Source: Candidatus Cloacimonadota bacterium
GTDB taxonomy: Bacteria; Cloacimonadota; Cloacimonadia; G963667145
Direction: 5' to 3'
Assembly (NCBI GenBank): GCA_963667255.1
Contig: OY762940.1
Coordinates: forward strand, 1,120,001 to 1,184,000
DNA length: 64,000 bases
The notes below the pieces were generated by a model that made no database searches, was not told where the DNA came from, and saw nothing but the letters and a program-made list of their open reading frames with translations. Numbering within the stretch: position 1 is the stretch's first letter; the number at the start of each line of letters is the position of its first letter. Positions 51,111 through 61,389 of this stretch are shown here, in pieces. Position numbers and translations under genes: made by a program.

Positions 51111-54100
51111 ATGAAAAGTATTCTTGATAAAATTGCCGAATCGTCTTTGATAAAAGAGTTTTTATCTTTGCCCGAGAGAACGGTTTTTGGGACTAATTGT
51201 GCGTTAGACATAGCTTTGCGGTTATATTTTTTGAGTGTAGATAAGAAGAAAAAAGTTCTTTTTATCAGTTCAGATATTGCAAAAATTCAGGAGATTATTT
51301 CCGATATCAACAAAATTCAAAGCGATTTTGCCCATTTTTTACCAGATTTTGATTTGTTGCCTTATGAGGGCAGGTCTTCGTCTTTGGGCGTTTTGGAACA
51401 AAGAATTGTGGTTTTGGATAGTTTTTTCTCTAATAAATCTGGAGTTTATTGTCTCTCGCCGTCTGCGGCTTTACGCAATTTGCCTAAAAAAAGCAAATTT
51501 ACCTCTATCAAGTTGCAAGTTGGGGAAGAGATTTCCCAAGAGGTTTTGAGCGAAAAATTGATAGGATTGGGATATTGCAAAAGCTATCAAGTGTATAATG
51601 GTGGAGAGTTTGCAACTCGAGGAGAAATTTTCGACATTTGTATCCCGGGAGAGGAATCCGGAGTGCGAATAGAGTATGAATACGATACGATTTCCAAAAT
51701 TCGCTATTTTGATTTGCAAACGCAGTTAACAACCATAGAACTCAAGCTGATAAGGATTTTGCCTGCAAGAGAGTTTTCCTTATTTGAGGCTGTCCCCACG
51801 AGTGACAAACTTGGTGACAAGATAAAAGAGTTTGGCTATTATCATGGAATTGAGAACGATTTGTCAGGGATTTTCTCTGTTGAAGCTATGATAGAAAAGC
51901 AGAATGTCCTAATCTTTTTGGACGATTTGGATTTGTCGTCTGTTCATGCGGAGTTGGTAAAAGAGGCTGATTTGGCTATGCAAGAGGCAGAGAGACCTTT
52001 GGTAGAATTTTGGGATATTTTTGTCAAAGATGATGTGTTAAACTCCGTTTTGCAATCGACCTACTTTCTTAGCAATATCTACGATTCTGAAAAAGAATTT
52101 TTGCCCTCGCCTATGCAAGTTGGGATGAATTTTCAGGGGAATTTGGAACTTTTGCGTTTGGAGATAAAAAATCTTTCCGATAGTGGTCATGCCATAGTTT
52201 TGCAGGCAGATAACAAGGCTCAAATCAAGAGAGTTAAGAAAATTTTGAATAACGAATTTGAAATTTCTTATAATCTCGGTGTTTTTTCTACAGGTTTTTC
52301 GTTAGAGGATGTGCAACTTTCCGTTTTTACTGACCATCAGATTTTTAACCGCTATATCTCTAAACAAAACTCTTTTAAAGGCAATCCCACAATAAAGAAA
52401 GCGGAGACTTTGCAACAAGGCGAATATTTGGTTCATTCCGACTATGGGATTGGAATTTACGGGGGATTAAAAACCACTGTAGTTGATGGGAAAACCATTG
52501 AATGCTTGGTGTTGTATTATCAAGGCGGAGATGCAATTTACTTGCCGTCATACGCTTTGGATAAGGTGTCCAAATTCGTGGCTGCTGAGGGAATAGAGGT
52601 CAAGCAAGACAAAATCGGCTCGAAGCGATGGCAAAATACTAAACTCAAGGTCAAAGAGCAGATTAAGGTGGTTGCTAAAGATTTGGTTGATTTTTATGCC
52701 AAGAGGTCTAAAGAAAGAGGGATTCCTTTTTTGCCAGATAATGAGTTGCAGGAGAGTATGGAGAATGAATTTTTGTATGAGCCGACCAGAGACCAAGCGG
52801 AGGCGATTTGTCAGATAAAAAAGGATATGGAGTCGGACAAACCGATGGAACGGCTTTTGTGCGGAGATGTGGGCTATGGCAAGACTGAGGTCGCCGTCAG
52901 GGCTGCTTTCAAAGCGGTTTCTTCTTCGTATCAGGTTGCTGTTTTGTCGCCGACTACGCTACTTTGCGAGCAATTGTTCACCGTGTTTTCGCAGAGACTC
53001 GCTATGTATCCAGTCAGAATAAAAATGTTGAGCAGATTTGTGAAAAAAAGCGAGCAAAAGAAAACAGTGTCTGAACTGGCAGAAGGTAAAGTGGACATTG
53101 TAATTGGCACGCACAGATTGTTGTCTTCCGATATAAATTTCTCCAAATTGGGCTTGTTGATTATCGATGAGGAGCACAGATTTGGAGTGAGGGCGAAGGA
53201 GAAATTGCGAAAGTTGAGAAGAAACATCGACACTCTCTATATGTCGGCAACTCCTATCCCGCGAACGCTGAATATGGCTTTGAGCGGTGTAAAAGACATA
53301 AGTTTGATTTTGTCCGGTCCAAAATACCGATTGCCAGTGAAGACGGTTGTTAGCTACTATCAGAAAAATTTATTGAAACATGCTATACAGAAAGAGGTGA
53401 ATAGAGGCGGTCAGGTTTTCTTTGTGCACAATAGAGTCGAGAGTATTGGCAAGGAGTTGGAGAAACTTCAGGAATTGCTGCCGAATGTGAGTATGAAAGC
53501 TGCTCATGGGCAGATGAAAGAGACGGAGTTGGAGGAGATAATTCTCGATTTTTACCACAACAAATTTTCCGTTTTGGTTTGCACGGGCATTATTGAGAAT
53601 GGGATTGATATCGCCAATGCAAATACGATGATAGTGAATCGAGCCGATTTATTTGGGCTATCGAGTTTGTATCAGCTTCGTGGTCGCGTAGGCAGGAGTT
53701 CCCAGAGAGCGTATTGTTATTATTTGCTGCCCAAGCATTCCGATTTGCACCAGTATAAGAGGCTACAATCCTTGTCCGAGCAGGGAAGCAACGGTTATAA
53801 GGTGGCGATGTTGGACATGCAAATTAGGGGAGTTGGTTCGATGGTCGGCACGGGGCAATCTGGCAATATTGCTCAGATAGGTTTCAACTATTATAACAAT
53901 TTGCTACGAGATGCCATAACCAATATGGGCGAAAAAGAGCATTACAAGGTCAAAGAGGTTGATGTCAACTTGGATGGAGAGTTTTATATTCCTGCTGATT
54001 ATATCGCCGATGCGGAGTTGAGATTGGAGATTTATTCCCGAATGCTTAATTTCAAATCCAAGACCGATTTTGACCAGTTGGTTTTCGAGTTGGAGGACAG

Positions 54101-54383
54101 GTTCGGAGCCATAGGCGTCAACACTTTGTCAACCATTGCGTATTACACCATCAGTGTCTTGGCAAAAAAAGCAGGTATCAAAAAGGTTGAACATTTCAAA
54201 AAGAGATTTCTTCTAACTTTTGCTATCGTTCCACAGCAAGCGAAACTAAGAGATTTGATGACCAGCAAGTATCAAGTGGAGTTTGACCTCTCGCAAAATT
54301 TTCAACTAAAGGTCATAATCGGGGAGAAACAGGATTTGGCGAAGATGGTGGAGATTATGGTGTTGATAGATGAATCAAATTAG
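51111..54383 (+). CDS. mfd: Transcription-repair coupling factor
   Basis: VH..YGIG (CarD-like), GDVGYGKT, DEEHRFGV, SATPIPRT, QLRGRVGR and TRCF C-terminal domain. Confidence 0.96.
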   Translation: MKSILDKIAESSLIKEFLSLPERTVFGTNCALDIALRLYFLSVDKKKKVLFISSDIAKIQEIISDINKIQSDFAHFLPDFDLLPYEGRSSSLGVLEQRIVVLDSFFSNKSGVYCLSPSAALRNLPKKSKFTSIKLQVGEEISQEVLSEKLIGLGYCKSYQVYNGGEFATRGEIFDICIPGEESGVRIEYEYDTISKIRYFDLQTQLTTIELKLIRILPAREFSLFEAVPTSDKLGDKIKEFGYYHGIENDLSGIFSVEAMIEKQNVLIFLDDLDLSSVHAELVKEADLAMQEAERPLVEFWDIFVKDDVLNSVLQSTYFLSNIYDSEKEFLPSPMQVGMNFQGNLELLRLEIKNLSDSGHAIVLQADNKAQIKRVKKILNNEFEISYNLGVFSTGFSLEDVQLSVFTDHQIFNRYISKQNSFKGNPTIKKAETLQQGEYLVHSDYGIGIYGGLKTTVVDGKTIECLVLYYQGGDAIYLPSYALDKVSKFVAAEGIEVKQDKIGSKRWQNTKLKVKEQIKVVAKDLVDFYAKRSKERGIPFLPDNELQESMENEFLYEPTRDQAEAICQIKKDMESDKPMERLLCGDVGYGKTEVAVRAAFKAVSSSYQVAVLSPTTLLCEQLFTVFSQRLAMYPVRIKMLSRFVKKSEQKKTVSELAEGKVDIVIGTHRLLSSDINFSKLGLLIIDEEHRFGVRAKEKLRKLRRNIDTLYMSATPIPRTLNMALSGVKDISLILSGPKYRLPVKTVVSYYQKNLLKHAIQKEVNRGGQVFFVHNRVESIGKELEKLQELLPNVSMKAAHGQMKETELEEIILDFYHNKFSVLVCTGIIENGIDIANANTMIVNRADLFGLSSLYQLRGRVGRSSQRAYCYYLLPKHSDLHQYKRLQSLSEQGSNGYKVAMLDMQIRGVGSMVGTGQSGNIAQIGFNYYNNLLRDAITNMGEKEHYKVKEVDVNLDGEFYIPADYIADAELRLEIYSRMLNFKSKTDFDQLVFELEDRFGAIGVNTLSTIAYYTISVLAKKAGIKKVEHFKKRFLLTFAIVPQQAKLRDLMTSKYQVEFDLSQNFQLKVIIGEKQDLAKMVEIMVLIDESN

Positions 54384-55460
54384 CTGGCAACCTTCGTTTG
54401 TCACAATCACATCATCTTCCACTCTGATGCCGAATTGTTCTTGCCAAAAATAGAGACCGGGCTCAACCGTAATAACCATTCCTTTTGCAAGCGGAATATC
54501 AGGCAGGCTATAGTCGTGAGCCTCCAAGCCCAGATGATGAGAAACTCCATGCATATAATAGGCGGGCAATTGCTCCTCTGTGGAAATTATATTCAATTTG
54601 GCTAAGCCCTCAAAAAGAGTTTTTTTGCATATATTGTTCAGTTCTTTCAAAGTTATTCCTGATTTTATGTTTTTGATAACCTCTTTTTGAGCATTGACAA
54701 CAAGATTCAAAGCGTTTTCTTGTAGGGCAGACGGCTTAAGGAAAAAGGTTCGGGAAACATCCGCACAATAATTGTTGGACTTTGCTCCGACATCGAAGAG
54801 AACACTATTTTTGAGCGTGCCGTTATAGTTCTCTTTATGCAAGACGCACGAGCTTTCGTCGCAAGCGATTATAGAGGGGAAAGCAAGTTCCGAGACATTT
54901 TTTTTCGCGAGAAAATAGTCAAATTCGCTTTTCAAATCCAGTTCAGTGACATTGGGTTTTAGGAACTTCTCCAAATGTCCAAGAGCTTGCTTGGTAATAA
55001 AGTTGGCTTTCCTGATATTTTCCAATTCGGAGTCGTCTTTTACCATTCGCAGAGGTGCCAATTTCAGAGCTAAATTGCATATATTGACCTTGGTTAATTT
55101 TTTTTTCAGAAGATTGTTTGTTTGCACAAGATGTTCGATTTTGGGGGATTGAAGAGAGAGGTTTAAATCTGTATAGATGCTTTCAACTTTCAGTTTTCTT
55201 AGTATTCCAAGGATATTTTTGCTCTCTTCCGCTTTGCCATCTTCGTAACTTGGTGTGATTTTTCCCGTCCAAATTGCTTCTAATCGCGTTCTATGGGTAA
55301 TGAAGTAAACGACTTCAGTTTTGGAAACAAGTAAAAAATCAGCCTCTTGGAATCCCAAATATAACAAATTGGCATTGTCGCAAACTAAAGCAACTTCTTT
55401 TTCCGTCAGGCTATTTTGAAGATTGTGGACTCTTTTGATGTTACTCGAAAAGGTCTTCAT
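54375..55460 (-). CDS. Xaa-Pro aminopeptidase (M24B)
   Basis: DVGA...YCADVSRT, HGVSHHLGL.AHD, TVEPGLY and GIRVEDD motifs. Confidence 0.9.
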   Translation of the reverse strand: MKTFSSNIKRVHNLQNSLTEKEVALVCDNANLLYLGFQEADFLLVSKTEVVYFITHRTRLEAIWTGKITPSYEDGKAEESKNILGILRKLKVESIYTDLNLSLQSPKIEHLVQTNNLLKKKLTKVNICNLALKLAPLRMVKDDSELENIRKANFITKQALGHLEKFLKPNVTELDLKSEFDYFLAKKNVSELAFPSIIACDESSCVLHKENYNGTLKNSVLFDVGAKSNNYCADVSRTFFLKPSALQENALNLVVNAQKEVIKNIKSGITLKELNNICKKTLFEGLAKLNIISTEEQLPAYYMHGVSHHLGLEAHDYSLPDIPLAKGMVITVEPGLYFWQEQFGIRVEDDVIVTNEGCQLI

Positions 55461-56052
55461 AATTTACTTTGTCATCATCGGATTTGGAAGATGAGCCGGA
55501 ACTTTTGCTATTTAGGTTACCAAGACTGACATCCAAATCGATTTGCCCACCCATTTCCACATCTTTGCCTGCTGCTGGCACGGACGAAAGAACAATGTTT
55601 TTGTCCATTTTTTGATTATAATATTTGGAAATTTTCCCGACTTTTAGTCCGAGAGCGTTCAGTTGCTCTTTGACCAACTCTAAATCTGTGCCACTCAACA
55701 GCGGAACTTTGATGAGTTTAGCCCCTTTGCTGATGACAACATCGATAGTGCGAAATCTTTTTACCAAAGAGCTGTCTTTTGGATTTTGTTCGATAACACA
55801 CCCTTCAGGATAGGCACTGCTATACTCTCTTTTCAAATCTTGTATGTAGAGTTTGTTATCTTTGCAGATGTCAGTAGCTCGTGAGTAGGTGAGCCCTACC
55901 AATTGCGGAACTCTAACCTCTTTCCCGTGATCGACCACCAACTTCATAACGATATCGGTGGAGAATAAGCCCAAGAAGAAGAGGACAATAACAATGCCGG
56001 CTACAAGGAAAGCGGCAACAATTTTTTTAATAAGTTTCTTTCTATTTTCCAC
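55441..56052 (-). CDS. Membrane-anchored PASTA-domain protein
   Basis: N-terminal TM followed by two PASTA repeats (VPQLVG...VIEQNP...VISKG; VPLLSG...VSLG). Confidence 0.88.
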   Translation of the reverse strand: MENRKKLIKKIVAAFLVAGIVIVLFFLGLFSTDIVMKLVVDHGKEVRVPQLVGLTYSRATDICKDNKLYIQDLKREYSSAYPEGCVIEQNPKDSSLVKRFRTIDVVISKGAKLIKVPLLSGTDLELVKEQLNALGLKVGKISKYYNQKMDKNIVLSSVPAAGKDVEMGGQIDLDVSLGNLNSKSSGSSSKSDDDKVNYEDLFE

Positions 56053-56072
56053 AGCACAAATTTCCTATTTTT

Positions 56073-58283
56073 TTATGATCTTTTTACTCTTTTTTCAATA
56101 TGCCTTATCGCACCCATTTTTTCCAGCTCTTGCGTAGCATTATTAAGGGCTTGAGGAGTATCGCCTATCACAAACAAAGAGATTTCCAAATCGTGATCTT
56201 TACGCAACTTGCTGCTCGTCTTTTCCACTATTAAATCAAATTTCGCCATAACAGAAAGAATGTCGATTAAAATATTGTTTTTATTCTTACAAACTATCCT
56301 GAGCCGGCTTTTTTGACCCTTTTTGTTTTTCTGTCCTCCGGAATAATCCCACTCAACGGCAATAAACCTTTCGGGAGATTGCTCTTTCATCAATAAAAAA
56401 TTTGGTTCGTGGCAATCTTTGCGATGAATAATTATCCCTCTACCTTTGGTCACAAAGCCGATAATCTCTTCGTCCGGCACAGGCGAACAACATCCGGCAT
56501 ATCTTATCATCAGATTTTTTTGCCCGTCCACCATCACGCCACTTACGACTTCTACTTTTACTTCCTTCTTCTTATCAGCTAATTTTTTGGTATTTTCCGG
56601 AATATTTGCTGTCAGTTTTTCGAGAACTTGTTGGAAAATAATGTTACCTTGTCCTAATCCTGCGTAAAAATCTTGAGCGTTGGAGATATGAAATTTTTTG
56701 GCTAAATCGACAATCTCTTGTTCAGAATTGAATTTTAGATGATATTTTCGGCATTTTTTTATAAAAATCTCTTTCCCCAGTTCTATAGCATCTTCCAGCC
56801 GTCTTTTCTTGATGTAGGAGCGGATTTTGGAGCGAGCTTTTGAGGTTTTGACAAACCTCAGCCAGTTTTCGCTTATATTGATTTTGTTGGAGGTTTCCAC
56901 TTCGACTTTGTCGCCAGTATCCAATTCTGTTTTCAGAGGCTTGATGACACCGTTGATTTTCCCGCTGACACAGCAAGAGCCGACTTGCGAGTGGATGGCG
57001 AACGCAAAATCCAAAATGGAAGAGCCTTGAGGGAGCTCGACTAAGTCTCCCTGTGGAGTCATCACGATGATAATTTCGGGATACAAATCCATTTGCAGGT
57101 TGTCCAAAAAGTCCTCACTCTCCAACTCAATATTGTTCATCAAAAATTGTCGAACAAACCCTATTTGCGATTCAAAATCTTGGTTCACTCCATGAGAAGC
57201 CAATTTTCCCAAATTTTTATTGGAATAGTTCATATTTTCTTTGTATCTCCAGTGAGCGGCAACGCCTTCTTCAGCGAATTTGTCCATTGTGTGAGTGCGG
57301 ATTTGGACTTCCAATTTCTTATTCTCGGGACCAATCACAACAGTGTGCAGAGATTGATAGCCGTTGGGTTTTGGACTCGCTATGTAGTCTTTGACTTTGT
57401 TTAGTGGTTTGTAAACCGCATGTAAGGCACCGAAAGCGTAGTAGCATTCTTCTTGAGTGTTGACTAATATTCTTATGGCGTTCAAGTCCAAAATTTCTTC
57501 GTAAGGCACGCCTCTGACATTGTGTTTCCTAAAAATGCTGTAAAAATGTTTGCTTCTGGCGAGAACTTTTGCCTCTATTTTGTATTTGGTTAATTGATTT
57601 TTTATTTGGGCACAGACAACATCGTTCAGAAATTTGTCTCTTTGCTCTTTTTTCAGTTGCACCAAGCTGGCAATTCTTTTGTAAGCTTTGGGATGCAAAA
57701 TTTTTAAGCAACGGTCTTCCAATTCGTTTTTTATGGAGGACAAACCAAATCTATTTGCCAAAGGGGCATAAATAGATAGAGTGGACTGGGCAATTTTTTT
57801 TTGCTTGGACTCGGACAAGTATTTGATGGTTCTGATATTGTGGAGTCTGTCCGCCAATTTTATCAAGATAACTCTGATGTCTTTCGTGATGGAAATCAAT
57901 AGTTTACGGAAATTTTCGGCTTGTTTTTCCATTTGAGAAGAATCTTTGAAATGGAAATCGGAGATTTTGGTTACGCCTTCCACCAAGTTGGCAACTCTTT
58001 CGCCGAAAATTTCTTTAACATCAGAAAAGTCGTATTTGGTGTCTTCGATAACATCGTGCAATATGCCAGCGATAAGCACCGAGGTATCCATATTGAGTTC
58101 GGCGAGGATATAGGCTGTGTTCAGGGGATGAATTATATAGTCATCTCCCGAGCTCCTTTTTTGTCCTTCATGGGCTTTAGTGGCGAAATCAACAGCCTTT
58201 TTTAGCAAATCTAAATCTACTTTTGCAGATAGCTTTTCTAAATTCACCCAAAAATTTTCGGGTGTTATTTCGATATACTTCAT
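56073..58283 (-). CDS. relA: Bifunctional (p)ppGpp synthetase/hydrolase (long RSH, Rel)
   Basis: HEGQKR.SG, LHDVIED, KLADRLHN, YAPLA.R.G, KPNGYQSLH, TGS (DFAFAIHS), CC.PVP and ACT domain. Confidence 0.95.
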   Translation of the reverse strand: MKYIEITPENFWVNLEKLSAKVDLDLLKKAVDFATKAHEGQKRSSGDDYIIHPLNTAYILAELNMDTSVLIAGILHDVIEDTKYDFSDVKEIFGERVANLVEGVTKISDFHFKDSSQMEKQAENFRKLLISITKDIRVILIKLADRLHNIRTIKYLSESKQKKIAQSTLSIYAPLANRFGLSSIKNELEDRCLKILHPKAYKRIASLVQLKKEQRDKFLNDVVCAQIKNQLTKYKIEAKVLARSKHFYSIFRKHNVRGVPYEEILDLNAIRILVNTQEECYYAFGALHAVYKPLNKVKDYIASPKPNGYQSLHTVVIGPENKKLEVQIRTHTMDKFAEEGVAAHWRYKENMNYSNKNLGKLASHGVNQDFESQIGFVRQFLMNNIELESEDFLDNLQMDLYPEIIIVMTPQGDLVELPQGSSILDFAFAIHSQVGSCCVSGKINGVIKPLKTELDTGDKVEVETSNKINISENWLRFVKTSKARSKIRSYIKKRRLEDAIELGKEIFIKKCRKYHLKFNSEQEIVDLAKKFHISNAQDFYAGLGQGNIIFQQVLEKLTANIPENTKKLADKKKEVKVEVVSGVMVDGQKNLMIRYAGCCSPVPDEEIIGFVTKGRGIIIHRKDCHEPNFLLMKEQSPERFIAVEWDYSGGQKNKKGQKSRLRIVCKNKNNILIDILSVMAKFDLIVEKTSSKLRKDHDLEISLFVIGDTPQALNNATQELEKMGAIRHIEKRVKRS

Positions 58284-59366
58284 CTAACTGATTTTTGATT
58301 TCAAGAGGTTTGAAAAAATCTTGATTAGCAGTCTGTAATTCATCAGCATATTGGTGTAAGCGACATTTGCCAACGGGCAGAAACAATTGATATCTTTTAT
58401 CTCTTTTCTGATTTTATCGGCTTTTCCCGAAAACCAAATGTCCGAAAATTTTTCTTTTGTTACATTTCCGATATTTTGTGCTTTCATACAGCAAAACCAA
58501 ACATCGCCGTTGGGAGCAAGTTGCATAGAGGCAATCCCCGCATAGCAATCGTAAACTTTCGTCTCATCCGCCAAGATTTTTTTTACCATTTCGTAGTAGA
58601 GCAATCTGAAACATTGGGTGATTTTGTTAAATCCGTGATAGGTGTCGGTTTTGATTTTGTGGATGAGCAAATCGACAGCCGAGGCGTAATTCCATGGGGC
58701 AGGGGAGATTTGGCTAGTTAGCGTGTCCAGTTCGACTCTATTTTCGGCTATTTCCGTTAGATATGCGTCAGGTTGCATATCCATAAGAGTTTGGCTCACG
58801 AATGCAAAATTTTGCGAATTAAATCGGGAGATGACTGTGTGAATGCCCACATTCAAATTTTTGCAGGTGTTTTTAACCTCTTTCAAACCTTGGAAAGTGA
58901 GCAAAGCTTTGTTGTAAGCACCGTTTACACCTCTGATGATGTCGTCTTGTTTGCCGATTTCATCTATGGACAAATTTATGTTTATTTGGGTTTTTTTGCA
59001 ATACTGACAGATTTGTTTGGTAAGTGGAGCGATTTTTTCGTGTAGCAATCCATTTGTAGGGATGTTGATGATTGCCGGCTTGGAGATGTCGTATATTATT
59101 TTGATTATCTCAAACAACTCTTTTCGCAAAAAAGGCTCGCCACCCGATAGAGTTATCCAATAAGGAGATTTACCGACTTGCTTGAAAAATCGTTTATACT
59201 CTTCCAAACTCAACTCTTTCGATTTTTTGTAGTAAATCCCGCAAGTTTTACATCGTGAGTTGCATTTGTAGCTTAGGCTGATGGTGTAGTTGATGGGTAA
59301 AATCCTCGGCCAGCCGAATTTTCGTTGCAGTTTATAAATAAAAGTTTTGAGCAAAACGATTAACAT
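58284..59366 (-). CDS. Radical SAM protein with SPASM/twitch-like C-terminus
   Basis: CNSRCKTC, SGGEPFL, TNG, CYAG...GDVWFCC and CFCP motifs. Confidence 0.9.
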   Translation of the reverse strand: MLIVLLKTFIYKLQRKFGWPRILPINYTISLSYKCNSRCKTCGIYYKKSKELSLEEYKRFFKQVGKSPYWITLSGGEPFLRKELFEIIKIIYDISKPAIINIPTNGLLHEKIAPLTKQICQYCKKTQININLSIDEIGKQDDIIRGVNGAYNKALLTFQGLKEVKNTCKNLNVGIHTVISRFNSQNFAFVSQTLMDMQPDAYLTEIAENRVELDTLTSQISPAPWNYASAVDLLIHKIKTDTYHGFNKITQCFRLLYYEMVKKILADETKVYDCYAGIASMQLAPNGDVWFCCMKAQNIGNVTKEKFSDIWFSGKADKIRKEIKDINCFCPLANVAYTNMLMNYRLLIKIFSNLLKSKIS

Positions 59367-59377
59367 TGAAATATCCT

Positions 59378-60277
59378 CTATTTAGTTTTTAGGTTTTTGG
59401 TTGATTTAGCTATCTCCCAGATTGTTGGGTTTTGCTTGGTGAGAGTGAATTTGATTTTTGCTACCATTCGGTAATAAATTTCCAATAAGATAGTTAGGCA
59501 AATCTTGTGAAACGACAGCGGGTGTTTTATTAATTGCTTGAGAAAGAGCTTGATGAGCAGTAAGCTATTCCCCGATGCGACTTGGTATTCCCAATATTTT
59601 GCGAGCCATTGATGCCCGATGGCAATCCTGACTCTTTGGATTTTGTAATCGTGAAAATTTTCCGGTCCCTTGTTGTGGATAATGGCTTCGGGCAGATAAA
59701 TTTTCATCAAACCTTTCTCTTTGATTTTTTGCTCGATGGACGCTTCATCGACTGCACTTTCCGTGGGAATAGAATCGAATAAGTGTCTGAAAGCAATCAT
59801 TTCTCCCAGTTTTGGGGAAACAAGAGCCATCTCGTGATGCATCTCCCACAGCGTGTGCACACAAAATCCAATCAAAGATTTGCGACTGTTAATCGGCACA
59901 GGACGACCGCCACTTGCTCCGATTTTTTCGTTTTCAAATGCGGAAATCAATATCTCCACAACATTGTCCTCGGGGATGACATCGGCGGAACTAATCAGGC
60001 AATTGTCGGCAGTGGCTTTTTGCAAAAAGAGGTTGATTGCGGAAGATTTCCCTTCTCTCTCTTTTTGCTTGATGAGAGAAACGATGGGGAATTGCTCTAT
60101 GAGTTTTTCCACGATATCGTCAGTATTGTCGTGGCAAGCTGAAGAAACAACAATGATTTCTTTGATTTGCACTTTGTCCAATTTCTGATTTAGAAAAGCA
60201 AAGATAAGGTTTTCGATGTTAGCCTCTTCGTTGTAGGCGATTATCCCGATGCTGACTTCCAAAAGATTTTTATTCAT
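59378..60277 (-). CDS. Glycosyltransferase family 2
   Basis: IIAYNEEANI, DNTD, GKSSAIN, SAD, VDE and QRVR motifs. Confidence 0.88.
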   Translation of the reverse strand: MNKNLLEVSIGIIAYNEEANIENLIFAFLNQKLDKVQIKEIIVVSSACHDNTDDIVEKLIEQFPIVSLIKQKEREGKSSAINLFLQKATADNCLISSADVIPEDNVVEILISAFENEKIGASGGRPVPINSRKSLIGFCVHTLWEMHHEMALVSPKLGEMIAFRHLFDSIPTESAVDEASIEQKIKEKGLMKIYLPEAIIHNKGPENFHDYKIQRVRIAIGHQWLAKYWEYQVASGNSLLLIKLFLKQLIKHPLSFHKICLTILLEIYYRMVAKIKFTLTKQNPTIWEIAKSTKNLKTK

Positions 60278-61082
60278 AAAAAATTCCTGCACCAATTGTC
60301 TTCGCTTCTGCTTTCATAAAAATAGTGTTGTTGAGAATGGAAATATTCAACTCTCCGCCTTCCGCATGGACGGTCATTTCGGAGTTTGTCAGGTTGAGGG
60401 AATTGGCAATAAAAGCACTGGCACAGCATCCTGTGCCGCAAGCCAAAGTGTGCCCGGCACCGCGTTCCCAAGTGAAAACACTGATATTCTTTTTGTCTGA
60501 AATTTCGACAAAATTCACATTAATTCCCTCGGGGAAAAGTTCCAACTTCTCGATAGTGCTACCGTATTTTTCCACTAACTCTTTTCCGTTTGGAGCGAAG
60601 ATGACACCTTGCGGAACGCCGACTTGAGCAAGATAGAGATTGAATTTATTGTCCAAAATGGGATAGTTCCAAATATTCTTCCAAGGAGAATAAGTTTCTC
60701 TCAAAAGCGGGACTCCCATCTCAATTTTTACTTGAGAGGATATCTCGTTTTTATCGCCAAAGAGTTCGATTTTTTTTTGTCCGTCGTCAGTCAAAACGGT
60801 AAAAATATTTTCTGTTACCAAGCCTTGGTCGTAGATAAATTTGCCGAAGCACCTGAGTCCATTGCCGCACATAGCTGCGTATGAGCCGTCAGTGTTTAGA
60901 TAGTCCATCTTGAGTTGGCTTTGCTCGGTTTTGCGTAATAGAATAAGTCCGTCGCCTCCTATTCCGAAACGACGGTCACATATTTTTTTGGCTAATAGGC
61001 TGGGATTTGTTATCTTTTTTTCTAAATCCTCGATAACAACGAAGTCGTTGCCAAGCCCAACCATTTTGGTAAAATTTATCAC
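60270..61082 (-). CDS. dapF: Diaminopimelate epimerase
   Basis: GLGNDF, GIGGDG, MCGNGLRC, FPEGINVNF and ERGAGHTLACGTG motifs. Confidence 0.96.
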   Translation of the reverse strand: MINFTKMVGLGNDFVVIEDLEKKITNPSLLAKKICDRRFGIGGDGLILLRKTEQSQLKMDYLNTDGSYAAMCGNGLRCFGKFIYDQGLVTENIFTVLTDDGQKKIELFGDKNEISSQVKIEMGVPLLRETYSPWKNIWNYPILDNKFNLYLAQVGVPQGVIFAPNGKELVEKYGSTIEKLELFPEGINVNFVEISDKKNISVFTWERGAGHTLACGTGCCASAFIANSLNLTNSEMTVHAEGGELNISILNNTIFMKAEAKTIGAGIFYE

Positions 61083-61152
61083 TTTCCCTCGCTAAAAATT
61101 ATGTGCAAGGAATTGTGCTTGTCGATATTGTCAAATATTTTAGGTTGGGATT

Positions 61153-61389
61153 GTTCAGAGTTTAGCACTTCGACTTGCTGTGCAGTCGTTTGAGCCTCTG
61201 TTCCACCTCATTCCCGCGAAGGCGGGAACCCAGTTGGGGGAGCGGACAGGGACATACTTACCGAAAATAAGCAGTTCCTTGGTGGCGTGGTGGTAAAACT
61301 CTGAACGCTAATCTGACCACTAAAATAAAGCTAATCTTTGAGACTGCATTTTAGTGGTCAGGTCCAGTCGGGTCAGGGCAGGGAAATTA
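61153..61389. repeat. Composite inverted-repeat / multi-hairpin intergenic element containing a dRS3/REP-like palindrome
   Basis: gttcagagttt/aaactctgaac outer arms; ttcccgc-gaag-gcgggaa hairpin; perfect 14-bp ctgaccactaaaat/attttagtggtcag inverted repeat. Confidence 0.7.

Noticed and set aside
61281..61361. ggtggcgtggtggtaaaact looks like a tRNA 5' end
   Set aside because: No T-loop (GTTCRA) or cloverleaf can be formed.
61355..61385. ggtcaggtcc resembles the start of SRP RNA helix 8
   Set aside because: The GGAA tetraloop and downstream AGCAG are absent.
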